Shown: piece by piece, positions 18,966 to 28,726 of the stretch | Layout of the letters: the number at the start of each line of letters is the position of its first letter | Position numbering within the stretch: the stretch's first letter is position 1 | Source: Planctomycetota bacterium | Lineage (GTDB): Bacteria > Planctomycetota > UBA8108 > SXIK01 | Length of the DNA stretch: 64,000 nt | Assembly (NCBI GenBank): GCA_965223265.1 | Contig: OZ244999.1 | Span: 1,632,001-1,696,000 of the forward strand | Direction: 5' to 3' | Notes under the pieces: generated by a model | Told to the model about the DNA's origin: nothing | Seen by the model: only the letters and a program-made list of their open reading frames with translations | The model's database searches: none | Translations under genes and position numbers: made by a program

Positions 18966-20110
18966 TCTTCCGCGCCTTCGGTGCTGCTGATGCCGATGTC
19001 GTCGAGACGATCCGCCGTCACCGCGCGGTCGAACCACTGTTCGATCTGCTCTCGCGCCGTCGTGGCTTCAACGCTTTGGCGGAGTGCGGTGGGCAGCGCT
19101 CCGAAACGCTGCGTCAGAAGGCGGAGAAGCACGTTCTGCAGCGCGGTCACCGTGCCTTCTTCCCGTCCCTCTTCCCGTCCTTCCTCCCGTCCTTCCCTTC
19201 GTCCGCGTTCGTAGCCTCGTTCCATCATCGCCTCTGCTGCCGTCTTCCCCATCGTCAAGATTTCCTTTCGCTCATCAGCGCTGCGAGTAGCTCGCGTGAT
19301 CGAGTCCTGAAGCGGAATGAATTCATGCTCCTCTCTGTAATGATAGATCATGGCATGGACGTACGAAAGAAGCTCGAGCCACCGTTGGTGCTCTGATCTG
19401 GGTAGCGCCCCCAGCTCTTCGAGGACTTGGTCGAGAAGTCGGGAGAACGGTTTAGGTTGTGAGCGGCGCGCCTTGAGGAGTCTGAGGACGGCACCGAAAC
19501 AGCCGCCACGCCTCGTGAGCTCCGTGCTCGGCGTGCGGGCGAGGTGCACGAAGAACGGCTCGAATCGTGGTGTGCACTTCTCGAAGAGCTCCCCCATGTG
19601 CAACAGATCGATCAAAGTTCCTGGTGTCTCCCAGCGTTGTGTGCCGGTGTAGAAGACTAGCGGCAGAACTGGATGGAGTCGCGGCTCTCCCGAAACACCG
19701 ACTTTGCGAGCAGCCTCACGTCGCTGGCGTTTGTAGATCCGTAGCATGTACTCAAGAAGCCTGAGAGGCATGTCTCGGTCCGGCTCGGATTGGTGTTCTA
19801 TGAGGATATAGATCAAGACCGTACTCTGCGTCGCCCGATTGGTGGCGCGACGCAACGGGGCGGTGAGGACGACGTCCGACTCGCGATGGCGGTAGTCTGG
19901 GCCGACGAAGCTTCCCTTCACGGCTCTCAAACCGTCGAAATCGATTCTGTCGACGACATTGACCTCTGCGATTCGTAGTAGATCGCCGACATTGGCAGGG
20001 TTCTCGAGCAGTCGTTTGATACTGTTCTCTGGGAACTGCCGGACGATGTCGCGCGCCCTACTTGCCAGATCCTTTTCGTTCACAACCGCGCCCCGCTGGT
20101 CAAATGCCAT
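18962..20110 (-). CDS. Rpn family recombination-promoting nuclease / putative transposase (PD-(D/E)xK, YhgA-like)
   Basis: SFVGPDYRHRESDVV, IYILIEHQSEPD..MPLRLLEYM, PVLPLVFYTG; C-terminal (GREE)n repeats and LLTQRFG; start at 20110 or GTG at 20083. Confidence 0.88.
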   Translation of the reverse strand: MAFDQRGAVVNEKDLASRARDIVRQFPENSIKRLLENPANVGDLLRIAEVNVVDRIDFDGLRAVKGSFVGPDYRHRESDVVLTAPLRRATNRATQSTVLIYILIEHQSEPDRDMPLRLLEYMLRIYKRQRREAARKVGVSGEPRLHPVLPLVFYTGTQRWETPGTLIDLLHMGELFEKCTPRFEPFFVHLARTPSTELTRRGGCFGAVLRLLKARRSQPKPFSRLLDQVLEELGALPRSEHQRWLELLSYVHAMIYHYREEHEFIPLQDSITRATRSADERKEILTMGKTAAEAMMERGYERGRREGREEGREEGREEGTVTALQNVLLRLLTQRFGALPTALRQSVEATTAREQIEQWFDRAVTADRLDDIGISSTEGAEE

Positions 20111-20322
20111 CGTGCTGAGCCAAACACCCTGTGTGCTGCTCCCGTCACTGCAGCAAATGGAAGCAAACGGATTGCCACGGCAGTCGAATTCGCTCAACTG
20201 GCGCACCCACACGCGGTTCTGTCCGCCACCTTCGACACTTCGGTGAGCCACCTTGTCGAAGTGTCCGTTCCGATCCGCGACAGTCTCGCGAAAACGAGAC
20301 AATGCCCGCGCGCCAAGCGAAT

Positions 20323-22254
20323 TCAGCGGGCGCGAGGACTCTCGAGAATGTGTCGAAGCATGCGGCTGACGTAGCCGTTGGCACGACCTGGCGTGTTTTT
20401 CGCCTTGTGCGGAAGCGATCGGATCTCTTCTTTGACGTGCCCTGGGAGCTCGGGGAGATGGTCGAGAGCATTGAGTGCGGCAACAGCGTGATAGGCTTCT
20501 ACCGCTTCAGGGTTTGCGTTCGCCATCAGGGTGCGGATGGCCCGCTGGCGCGTCGCTGCGTCCTGAGAGTGAATCCCCAAGGCTTCAGCAGCTGCTACTT
20601 GAACGCTGCGGCTGGGGTCGCCGAGAAGCCCAACGAGTTCCGTTTCCAGCTTGCGCACAAGCCCTCGGCCGCGATCGAGGCAGTAGAGTGCCGTCCAGTA
20701 GCGAATGGAGGCGTCGCGCCGGGATGTCAAATAGTTGCGGACCGTCTCGACACTCGCTTCCGGATCCAGGGCCAAGTTGCGTGCTTCACGCAGCTCGGCG
20801 AAGGGGAACTCCTTGAGCGTCCCGATGAGCTCGGCCGGCAGCACGCCCAGTTCGCTGGCCCTGTCGTGCATCATGCCTTCAGGGAAGATGCCAGTGTCGC
20901 GCGTCGCCGCCATGTGTTCGGCGAGGGCGCTTCGGAATCGCTCGAGCGCTGGGCGATGCTTTGGATCGTGGGCGAGGTTCTTCGTCTCGTGTGGATCAGC
21001 GGTGAGATCGTACAGCTCCTCCGGTGCCTTGGGTCGCCAGAAATGCGACTGCACTTCGTTCAATTTGCCGCGACGAAAGAGATCGCGCCACACGCGCGTC
21101 GTCGGCGTCTCGAGCTGATAGTGGAGATCCTGGCAATGCGGCAGGTGCGGCATGAAATGGCGGATGTACGCGAATCGACCGTCGTAGACAGAACGTGACG
21201 AATCCGGGCGCTCGTCCATACGCCCACGGAAGCCGAACGAAAACTCGGGCGCCGGTGCGATGTAGCTGCCGAGAAAAGCATGGCCTTGATGAAACTCGCG
21301 TGGCTTGATCCCAGCGAGTGACAGCACGGTCGGCGCGAAGTCGACGAACCCGACGAGGCGTGTCGTTGATCCACCGTCATGGTAGTCTCGAGGGCGGAGG
21401 TGCTTGAACTGCTCAGGGATGTGAACGATGAGTGGCACGTGGATTCCGGACCAACCAGCGTAGCGCTTGCCGCGCGGCATGCCCGATCCATGGTCCGCCC
21501 AAAAAAAGACGATCGTGCTGTCGGCAACACTCGCCGCCTCGAGGGCCTCGAGTTGTTCGCCGAACCACGTATCCATCTGCGTCAGGCGATCGTAGTACTG
21601 CGCCCAGTCCTTCCTTACCTCTGGCGTGTCCGGATGGTAGGGGGGCAGCGTCACACTGGCTGGATCGTGCTGCGGGCGCGGATTTTCGTCGCGGATTCTG
21701 CTTTCGTGCGTGATTCCCTGATTGAAGACGGCGAAAAAAGGTTGGCCGATGCGGCGGTTCTTGTAGTGGGCTTCCGCCGAGGACTCGTCCCATACCTGCT
21801 CGATCTTCCATTCGAGGTTGTAGTCAGTCTTTCGGTTGTTCGTGCAGTAGTACCCGGCATCGCGCAGATACTCGGTGAAGAGACGGTGCCAACTCGGGCG
21901 CCGCACCTGCGAGCGCATGTGATGGGCACCAAGGGACGTGGCATACATGCCACTGATGATCGTTGTACGTGCTGGTGCGCAGACCGGCGCGGTCGAAACA
22001 GCGTTTTTGTACCGCAGCGAGCGCCGCGCGAATGCATCGACGTTCGGCGTGACGGCGTAGGCGTCACCGTAGCAGCCGAGGTGAGGCCCGTGGTCTTCCG
22101 CGGAAAGCCAGAGGATGTTTGGTTTTGGTGACGAGGCGTGGAGGCTCTCGGACGGCGCTAACGCGACGCTGAGAAGCACCATCGCGACCCATGAGGTCAA
22201 GTCGGTTCGTTCCATGAGTTTCTCGAAAGCAGGGAAAGACCGTGAACGAATCAT
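20323..22254 (-). CDS. Sulfatase with C-terminal HEAT-like repeats
   Basis: PNILWLSAED, CAPAR, DHGSGMPRGKR, EELYDL..DPHE; helical C-terminal extension. Confidence 0.9.
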   Translation of the reverse strand: MIRSRSFPAFEKLMERTDLTSWVAMVLLSVALAPSESLHASSPKPNILWLSAEDHGPHLGCYGDAYAVTPNVDAFARRSLRYKNAVSTAPVCAPARTTIISGMYATSLGAHHMRSQVRRPSWHRLFTEYLRDAGYYCTNNRKTDYNLEWKIEQVWDESSAEAHYKNRRIGQPFFAVFNQGITHESRIRDENPRPQHDPASVTLPPYHPDTPEVRKDWAQYYDRLTQMDTWFGEQLEALEAASVADSTIVFFWADHGSGMPRGKRYAGWSGIHVPLIVHIPEQFKHLRPRDYHDGGSTTRLVGFVDFAPTVLSLAGIKPREFHQGHAFLGSYIAPAPEFSFGFRGRMDERPDSSRSVYDGRFAYIRHFMPHLPHCQDLHYQLETPTTRVWRDLFRRGKLNEVQSHFWRPKAPEELYDLTADPHETKNLAHDPKHRPALERFRSALAEHMAATRDTGIFPEGMMHDRASELGVLPAELIGTLKEFPFAELREARNLALDPEASVETVRNYLTSRRDASIRYWTALYCLDRGRGLVRKLETELVGLLGDPSRSVQVAAAEALGIHSQDAATRQRAIRTLMANANPEAVEAYHAVAALNALDHLPELPGHVKEEIRSLPHKAKNTPGRANGYVSRMLRHILESPRAR

Positions 22255-22360
22255 CGCTTTCGCTCATGATAGCAAACATTGGCACGCAGAGGGCCTTTCG
22301 GACTCGACGCCTGTGTGGAAGGGGCGTCGGACAGTGACTGGAATTCAGGAGTCGGTGAGC

Positions 22361-23053
22361 ATGACTGTGGAAATCCTCCATCGAGACGACCTGCAGCGCC
22401 GCGGCTTTGCGGGTCTTCGCGAGCATCGATTGGTGATGGACTCGCGCGTCTTCGGCGCTCGGACGAACCCCGGTACATGGGGTGGAATTGGTAGTCTCGT
22501 CTACCTGGCGGATGCGACTTTTTTGCCCAAAGGTGAAACGGGACTCCACCCGCATCGGCAGATCGATGTGATGTCCCTGATGGTTGACGGCAGAATTCTT
22601 CATCACGGCTCCCTCGAAGATGGTGGCGAGCTACGAGCCGGCGATGTTCAGGTCCAGAGCGCCGGCGCCGAGGGGTTCGAGCACAATGAGGTCAATCCAG
22701 ACGACGACGAGAACCGCATGCTGCAGCTCTGGCTCCTGCCGGAAACGAGCGGATCAGGGGCGGACTACGAAGTTTCTCACCTGGCTCCTGATTCAGGTAT
22801 GACCCGTGTTTACGGTGGCCGGCCGGGCGACGCGAAGACGAGGTTCGAAAGTGGCACTCTCATCGAAGTGGGCAGGCTAGCGGCCGGTGGCGCGGTGACT
22901 CTTCAGCAACCGTTTCTGGCATACGTGTATCAAGGCTGTGGAACGGCGAACGGTGCGAGCGTCGCTGACGGCGATCTCTTTCGTGGCGACGCACTGGACT
23001 TCACGGCGCAATCGGATGCGCAGCTTTTCGTTGCTCGCACAATTGAAGGTTAA
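22361..23053 (+). CDS. Pirin family protein
   Basis: TGLHPHRQIDVMS, H.GS, VQVQSAG..G..HNE.N, LQLWLLP; AGGAG RBS before ATG 22361. Confidence 0.88.
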   Translation: MTVEILHRDDLQRRGFAGLREHRLVMDSRVFGARTNPGTWGGIGSLVYLADATFLPKGETGLHPHRQIDVMSLMVDGRILHHGSLEDGGELRAGDVQVQSAGAEGFEHNEVNPDDDENRMLQLWLLPETSGSGADYEVSHLAPDSGMTRVYGGRPGDAKTRFESGTLIEVGRLAAGGAVTLQQPFLAYVYQGCGTANGASVADGDLFRGDALDFTAQSDAQLFVARTIEG

Positions 23054-23213
23054 CAGCCTGTTGAAAAAGTGCTTCGAGCCGAAAACTGGTCTCTTCGCGT
23101 CCAGATCGGCCGCGGCAAACGCAGGTAATCTCCGAGATTTTCGAGTATTGACGCGGTCGATCTGGGCGTGAAGAGGCCGGTTTCTCGGCCGAATGACTTT
23201 TTCAACGGGCTGT
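23053..23213 (+). mobile_element. ~161-bp MITE-like palindromic element, copy 3
   Basis: GTTA-ACAGCCTGTTGAAAAAGT...ACTTTTTCAACGGGCTGT-TAAC; nearly the reverse complement of 185-345. Confidence 0.85.
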
Positions 23214-23230
23214 TAACTGTCACGGAGCGA

Positions 23231-24967
23231 TCAGGGGCCGAGCCGACGGAAGACGAGAAACGGGACCTCCTGCGGTCGGCCACGTGTCTCGGCGTTGAAC
23301 CAAGCTTGAACAAACGTCGGTCCCGCTTCGAGCGTCGTTTTGAGCGTGATCTGAGCGGTGCCTCCGGCGAACTTCTCTCTTAGGTGGAGATCACCGATTC
23401 TCAGCTCCGCCTCGGTCGCCGTCAGCGATTGACGGATTGCTGCCGGGTGCTGCTGCGACAGCGTCACCTCGTAGGAGCCGCCGCGGACGACTTCCACAGC
23501 GAGCTGCCGTGACTCCTCGAGTAGGTCATGCTTCGTGAGCATGGTCGGGTTCGCCTCCGGCGCGCCGATGACGAGGCGCGAGTGTTCGTCAAATCGTTTG
23601 GAGACATGGTTCCAGTGGCCGTCGTACCACTTCCGTAGATGCGCGACGATGTGCGGGTGCTTGGCTGCGACGTCGTGACGTTGCCCGAGGTCACTGGAAA
23701 CGTCGTAGAGCTTGTCGCCATTGACGAGTCGCCAGCGCTCGGTCAGCACTGCAACTCGGTACCACTTGGGTGGATCCTGGTCCCGATTGACGGCCACGAC
23801 CAAGTTGCGGTCCGGCCACTGTTTTTCGGATCCACCGCGCAGAAGTGGCGTCAACGACACACCGTCGAACGAAATCGTCTCTGTGCCTCGCAGTCCGCAG
23901 AGATCGACGAGCGTCGGCAGCAGGTCAAAGTGCGCCGTCAACCGATCCACGTCGTGCCCGGGAGCTCCACCGATGCCGCCGCCTGGCCAGCGGAGGAAGC
24001 AGGGGACGCGATGGCCACCGTCATACATCGATTGCTTAGCGCCTCTCATACCGGCATTGAACCCCGAGACGACAGCGCCATGATACTTCTCGGCAAGTTC
24101 CAACCCGCCCGTGCCACCGTTATCCGTCATGAAGATGAAGATCGTGTTCTCCTCGAGCTCGAGCTCGCGCAGTTGCTGGCGCAGTCGACCGACGTTCTCG
24201 TCGATATTTGCACACATGCCGTAGAAGGCCGCGCGCTGCTCGGGTATGCCCATCTCAATATAAGGCTTCGAGTACTTCTCTGGGACGCGATAGGGGCCGT
24301 GTGGTGTGTTCGGCGGCAAATAGAGAAAAAAGGGGCGATCACGATTTTCTTCGATGAAGCGGCGGCCTTCACGAAACCAAACGTCGGCGCAATAGCCTTT
24401 CACCTTTTCAGGTCGTCCGCTCCGATAGTACGTGTCGTCGAAGTAGTCGTTACCGGGAAAGTCGGGGAGTTGTCCGACGCCGCCGGAGTAGTGCACGAGC
24501 GACTCGTCGAAGCCGCGGTTCTCCGGCAAGTAGGGATAATTATGACCGAGATGCCATTTGCCGAAGATTGCTGTGCGATAGTCGTTCTTTCGGAAGACGT
24601 CGGCCATCGTCACCTCGTCACGCCGAAGGATTTGTCGGCCGCTCGAGGTATCCCAGACCCCGGCGCGCGCCGCGTACTTGCCGGTCAAGAGTGCAGCACG
24701 CGTCGGAGCGCAGCTTGGATCAACGTGAAAGTCGGTCAGCCGAACGCTTTCGGAGTGGAGCCGGTCGAGGTGCGGCGTCTTGAGGATCGGGTTGCCATGG
24801 CAGCTGAGGTCGCCGTAGCCTTGATCGTCCGTCATGACGAGGACGACGTTCGGTGGTCGAGCGACCGCATTGGAAAAGTGAACCACAGCCAACAGTGCGG
24901 CCAACGCGCCGGCGCGAACGTGCCAAGCCCGACTCGCTGAGAGTTTCGGATGGTGGCGGTTCATCAT
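23231..24967 (-). CDS. Arylsulfatase (Cys-type)
   Basis: PNVVLVMTDDQGYGD, CAPTR, GKWHLG; paralog of 17178..18965. Confidence 0.92.
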   Translation of the reverse strand: MMNRHHPKLSASRAWHVRAGALAALLAVVHFSNAVARPPNVVLVMTDDQGYGDLSCHGNPILKTPHLDRLHSESVRLTDFHVDPSCAPTRAALLTGKYAARAGVWDTSSGRQILRRDEVTMADVFRKNDYRTAIFGKWHLGHNYPYLPENRGFDESLVHYSGGVGQLPDFPGNDYFDDTYYRSGRPEKVKGYCADVWFREGRRFIEENRDRPFFLYLPPNTPHGPYRVPEKYSKPYIEMGIPEQRAAFYGMCANIDENVGRLRQQLRELELEENTIFIFMTDNGGTGGLELAEKYHGAVVSGFNAGMRGAKQSMYDGGHRVPCFLRWPGGGIGGAPGHDVDRLTAHFDLLPTLVDLCGLRGTETISFDGVSLTPLLRGGSEKQWPDRNLVVAVNRDQDPPKWYRVAVLTERWRLVNGDKLYDVSSDLGQRHDVAAKHPHIVAHLRKWYDGHWNHVSKRFDEHSRLVIGAPEANPTMLTKHDLLEESRQLAVEVVRGGSYEVTLSQQHPAAIRQSLTATEAELRIGDLHLREKFAGGTAQITLKTTLEAGPTFVQAWFNAETRGRPQEVPFLVFRRLGP

Positions 24968-24999
24968 GACCTCAGGAAAGCACGCAGATCAGCTGTCGT

Positions 25000-25377
25000 T
25001 CAAGCCTTGTCGAACGCCATCTGTTTGACCTTCCGCCACGGGCCACGCGCCGCGCGCGTCGTGAGGCGAGTCCAGGCGCAGACGCGGGCAGTCAATGATC
25101 GCCTTCCAATTCTCTTGCGCGCTTCGATGCACACCCAATGGGGATCGAATCCGCTCCACACGCCCGCCACGACGAGATGGTTCGATCCGAGAAACGGAGC
25201 GAGCTCGAAGCGGAAGATGCGCTCGACCTCTTTTTCGGAGTATCCGGAATCTCTCACGATCGTAGCGATCTCTTCGAGTTCACCTTCATTGAGGTCAGAG
25301 TCACGCCACAAGTCCGACATCGCGACCCACACGGGTCGACGTCGCTCTAGCTCGCTGCGCGGTCGAGTGTCTCTCAT
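25000..25377 (-). CDS. Conserved hypothetical protein (DUF7079-like)
   Basis: RRPVWVAMSDLW.D.DL, SGYS..EVERIF..ELAP, AGVWSGFD..W pattern; GGAGA upstream of ATG 25377. Confidence 0.7.
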   Translation of the reverse strand: MRDTRPRSELERRRPVWVAMSDLWRDSDLNEGELEEIATIVRDSGYSEKEVERIFRFELAPFLGSNHLVVAGVWSGFDPHWVCIEARKRIGRRSLTARVCAWTRLTTRAARGPWRKVKQMAFDKA

Positions 25378-25513
25378 GAGATCCCGTTCTCCAAAGGGAG
25401 CTCGTCCGTAGGGGGGCGGCGCGCATCGGTGCGCGTTGAGCTCGGACGCTGGTCGTCGCTCCGACACTCGCCTCGCCTTTTATCGTACCCAATGTGGGGG
25501 GGACGATCGAGCC

Positions 25514-27103
25514 TCAAGAGGCTCCGTAGCCAAGGGCGCGCCCCGGTTGGCCCGCCTCACGGGCGCCCACAGGTTCGCGAGCGGCGAGGATGATGCGGCC
25601 GTTGACGATGACGGTGTCGATTCCCGAGGCCAGGTTGTGTGGATCGGAATAGGTGGCGTTGTCCTGAATCGTGTGAGCATCAAAGACGAAGAGATCGGCG
25701 AACGCTCCAGCGCGCACAACGCCACGGTCGACGAGTCCGAAGCGTTCCGCGGCATGGCCACTCGATTTCCGAACGGCTTCCTCAAGGGAGAAGAGCTTCC
25801 GGTCGCGCACCAGCGGACCGAGCAACCGCGGCACTGAGCCGTAGACTCGTGGATGGACAATGCCATCCGGGAAGTAAATACCGTCACTCCCAAGCATGAA
25901 CTTTTCGTGTTTGAGGAACGGCTCGACGAGAGAGTCCGCCTGCGCCTCATCGGCCGTGCGAAACACGGCGAGCGCAGCGAGGTTCTCGTCGATCAGTAGG
26001 TCGCAGATGGCCTCCGCGGGGCTGCGATCGACGGCACGGGCGTACTCGGCGATCGTGACGCCGTGGTATTGCGAGTTAGCCTTCGACGCCACCCAGGCCA
26101 GGTGAAGGTGATCGACATCCACCCGCATTTCGTCCAGTAGTACTGCGAAGCGTCGCCGCACGGCTGGATCGGCCAACTTTCGCACCACGCCGAGCGGGCC
26201 GTCTTCCCACACTTCGTAGGGCAGAAGAAAATGGAGCATGGTGCTGCCGGGAAAGTACGGGTAGACGTCGAACGAGAAATCGACTTCGTGGACGGCAACG
26301 CGGTCGACGTAGTCGAGCAGTTCTTCGCTTGCTGCGGCCGTCGATGCTTTGAGATGCGAGATGTGGACGGCGACACCGGCGCGCTGACCGATCTCGACGG
26401 CTTCTTTGACGCCGTCAAGGACGCCCTTCTTATAGCGAACGTGCGTGACGTAGAGCCCACGATACGGTGCCATCGCCTGGCACGCGCTGACGAGTTCTTC
26501 GGTCGTTGAGAAGGACTGCGCGACGTAGTCGAGACCTGTGGAGATGCCGACTGCACCGGCTTCCATCGCACGCTTAACTTCTGCTTGGATGATGCGCGTC
26601 TCGGAATCATCTGGCGGTGCGCGTCTCCAGCCGATGGCGAGCGCGCGCGCGTTGGCGTACGGCAGGTGGGCGATGACGTTTTGAGCGCTGTGGCCGTCGA
26701 TCAACCGCAAGTAGTCGGCGATGCTCTTCCAGCCGCGGTAGTCCGTCTGGGAGAGGCCATTGAGCGAACGCAGGTAAAACATCCACTCCGTCGCGGTTTC
26801 CGCTGCCAGAGGAGCATAGGAGATGCCGTCGGCCATGATCACTTCGGTCGTGATGCCTTGGCTCGTCTTCGGCAGGAAGTGTCGCTCCTTGACCAACCAA
26901 CCATCGGAGTGGTTGTGCACGTCGACGCAGCCGGGAGCGACGATGCGGCCCCGAGCATCGACAGTGGAAAGGGCGCGAGTGGGATCAAGTTGGCCGACCG
27001 CAGCGATCCGGTCACCCTGGATCCCGACATCGGCGCGCTGCCGCGGTGCACCCGTGCCGTCGATCACATCGCCGCCGTGGAGGATCAGATCGAATTCAGG
27101 CAT
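25514..27103 (-). CDS. N-acyl-D-amino-acid deacylase (D-aminoacylase, amidohydrolase family)
   Basis: GGDVIDGTG, APGCVDVHNHSD, GISTGLDY, VHISHLK, GSDG, HPRVYG. Confidence 0.9.
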   Translation of the reverse strand: MPEFDLILHGGDVIDGTGAPRQRADVGIQGDRIAAVGQLDPTRALSTVDARGRIVAPGCVDVHNHSDGWLVKERHFLPKTSQGITTEVIMADGISYAPLAAETATEWMFYLRSLNGLSQTDYRGWKSIADYLRLIDGHSAQNVIAHLPYANARALAIGWRRAPPDDSETRIIQAEVKRAMEAGAVGISTGLDYVAQSFSTTEELVSACQAMAPYRGLYVTHVRYKKGVLDGVKEAVEIGQRAGVAVHISHLKASTAAASEELLDYVDRVAVHEVDFSFDVYPYFPGSTMLHFLLPYEVWEDGPLGVVRKLADPAVRRRFAVLLDEMRVDVDHLHLAWVASKANSQYHGVTIAEYARAVDRSPAEAICDLLIDENLAALAVFRTADEAQADSLVEPFLKHEKFMLGSDGIYFPDGIVHPRVYGSVPRLLGPLVRDRKLFSLEEAVRKSSGHAAERFGLVDRGVVRAGAFADLFVFDAHTIQDNATYSDPHNLASGIDTVIVNGRIILAAREPVGAREAGQPGRALGYGAS

Positions 27104-27203
27104 GTCTCGGTGTTGGTCTCGTGGTCATGGGGCTGCGGCCGCGACTCGGTCTCCGTCCGTCCGTATCCTCTCTTCGTGTGCGTGAGCGTGTGCATTTTTC
27201 AAA

Positions 27204-27416
27204 GTAGCAAGCACACTCCTGGGCTGTGAAGTTTTTAAAACTTGCCGTCGCAACTCACGGACGCCCGGAACGGCACACGGCGTGTGCCTGCTACTTTGAA
27301 GAGCGTGTTGGCGACTTCCTTATAGTAGCAGGCACACGCCGTGTGCCGTTCCGGAAGTTTCCCTGAGTTGCGACGGCAGTTAAAAAACTCACAGCCTCTC
27401 CGTGTGCCGTCCGGTC
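27204..27416 (+). repeat. GTAG-type REP interrupted in its loop by a 179-bp palindromic element
   Basis: GTAGCAAGCACACTCC [27220-27398] TCCGTGTGCCGTCCGGTC. Confidence 0.75.
27220..27398. mobile_element. 179-bp palindromic MITE/REPIN-like element containing an inverted REP doublet
   Basis: Ends GGCTGTGA...TCACAGCC; subterminal inverted repeat TGCCGTCGCAACTCA/TGAGTTGCGACGGCA; inner inverted repeat CCGGAACGGCACACGGCGTGTGCCTGCTACT / AGTAGCAGGCACACGCCGTGTGCCGTTCCGG; flanked by TCC on both sides. Confidence 0.75.
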
Positions 27417-27664
27417 TCGTGAGCGTGATGCCGATTGTGTGTGCGCCTCGATCTCTGCGTCAAAATCCGTGTGCGGCCTCTGCTTCCGTTTCCATCTCTG
27501 TCTCTGTCCAGTCAGCGCTTCCGTGCGACAACTATCCTAACACCGGGGGTGTCTCAGTCTCACGCATTCGCAGTTTGACAGCAGCGCAGCTGGCCATTCT
27601 CATCGAATCTCTGTCGTTGGCCAGTACGTACTGTGTTGACTGTCATGGAATCGGAGGCGGCGGC

Positions 27665-28726
27665 ATGCATCAAATCCGCCAGTGGCGCAAGGAGCCCGGT
27701 GCGCGTCTTCAAGGTTCGCGCGATCTGGACAGCGCGAAGCTTCAGGCGCCGTGTATCGTGGCGCTGCCGGGAGGTGGCTACCGACTCTTCTACACAGCCG
27801 TCGGACCAGCGAAGCCGTATCCGGCCTGCCAAGGATACATCTTGAGCGCGATTTCGGCAGACGGTCTTCGATTCCGTCCCGAACCGGGGATTCGATTGGC
27901 GCCGGATTCACGCGTGCCTCATAGAAGCCTCCGCCTCATCGCGCCCACCGTTGTACCGCTCGCCGACGGGCGTTGGCGCATGTATGTTGAGTCGCGCGGA
28001 CCAGCGAATCAGCCGACGGTCATCGCCAGTGCGGTTTCCGCGGATCTTCTCGACTGGGAACACGAGGACGGTATCCGTCTCGCGTGCCAAGGCGGCGTCG
28101 GCGGGCCGCGCTACTGCCGACTTTCGGACGGTCGTGGTCGCCTCTATTTTTTTCGATCGGAATTTGGACCAGGAGGACCAGTGCGCGGACCGAGGCTGTC
28201 GCAAAGCGTCGTGAGTGCCATGACGACCGACGGCGTGCAGTTCGAGCTCGAGCCAGGATACCGGCTGCGAGACGGGCACGATGAGTTCGATGCGGTCGGA
28301 ATCACTGGAGCCGAAGTCCTCCCACCGGCAACGTCTAGCGACGCGTGGACGATGTACTATTCCGCTTGGCAAGACGTACCGGCAGGTTCGGAGGTCCCTC
28401 TCCACCCCAGTGCTGATCCGGACGCTGTGGCAAGCGGCAAAAGCGATGACTTTGCGGCGGCATCGATTGCGGCTGACATGGCGGGGTATCGCTCGCGCAT
28501 CTTTGTCGCACACTCGACTGACGGCCTTGCTTGGGAACGTGCGGGGTGCGCGATCGAGGGTGCAGGTTATGGCTCTGAGGGTATTGATGCCGTCCACGCC
28601 GAAGACATGTCTCTCACAAGGATCGGGGAACGAAAGCCCGGGGCGCCTGAAAAGCTTCGGATGTACTACGCCGCTTGCGATAATAACGGAGTCTGGCGCA
28701 TCGCGAGTGCTGTGGCCGAAACGTGA
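27665..28726 (+). CDS. Hypothetical protein, glycoside-hydrolase-like beta-propeller
   Basis: Repeated YRLFY/WRMY...SxDGxxF/W blades; GGAGG RBS before ATG 27665. Confidence 0.75.
   Translation: MHQIRQWRKEPGARLQGSRDLDSAKLQAPCIVALPGGGYRLFYTAVGPAKPYPACQGYILSAISADGLRFRPEPGIRLAPDSRVPHRSLRLIAPTVVPLADGRWRMYVESRGPANQPTVIASAVSADLLDWEHEDGIRLACQGGVGGPRYCRLSDGRGRLYFFRSEFGPGGPVRGPRLSQSVVSAMTTDGVQFELEPGYRLRDGHDEFDAVGITGAEVLPPATSSDAWTMYYSAWQDVPAGSEVPLHPSADPDAVASGKSDDFAAASIAADMAGYRSRIFVAHSTDGLAWERAGCAIEGAGYGSEGIDAVHAEDMSLTRIGERKPGAPEKLRMYYAACDNNGVWRIASAVAET

Noticed and set aside
18962-20110. Rpn gene as an insertion sequence that mobilises the MITEs/REPs
   Set aside because: No terminal repeats or target duplication seen around it, and Rpn proteins are not shown to be true transposases
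25408-25440. Second GTAG-type REP (GTAGGGGGGCGGCGCGCATCGGTGCGCG)
   Set aside because: Single copy in the window with a short stem; no family evidence
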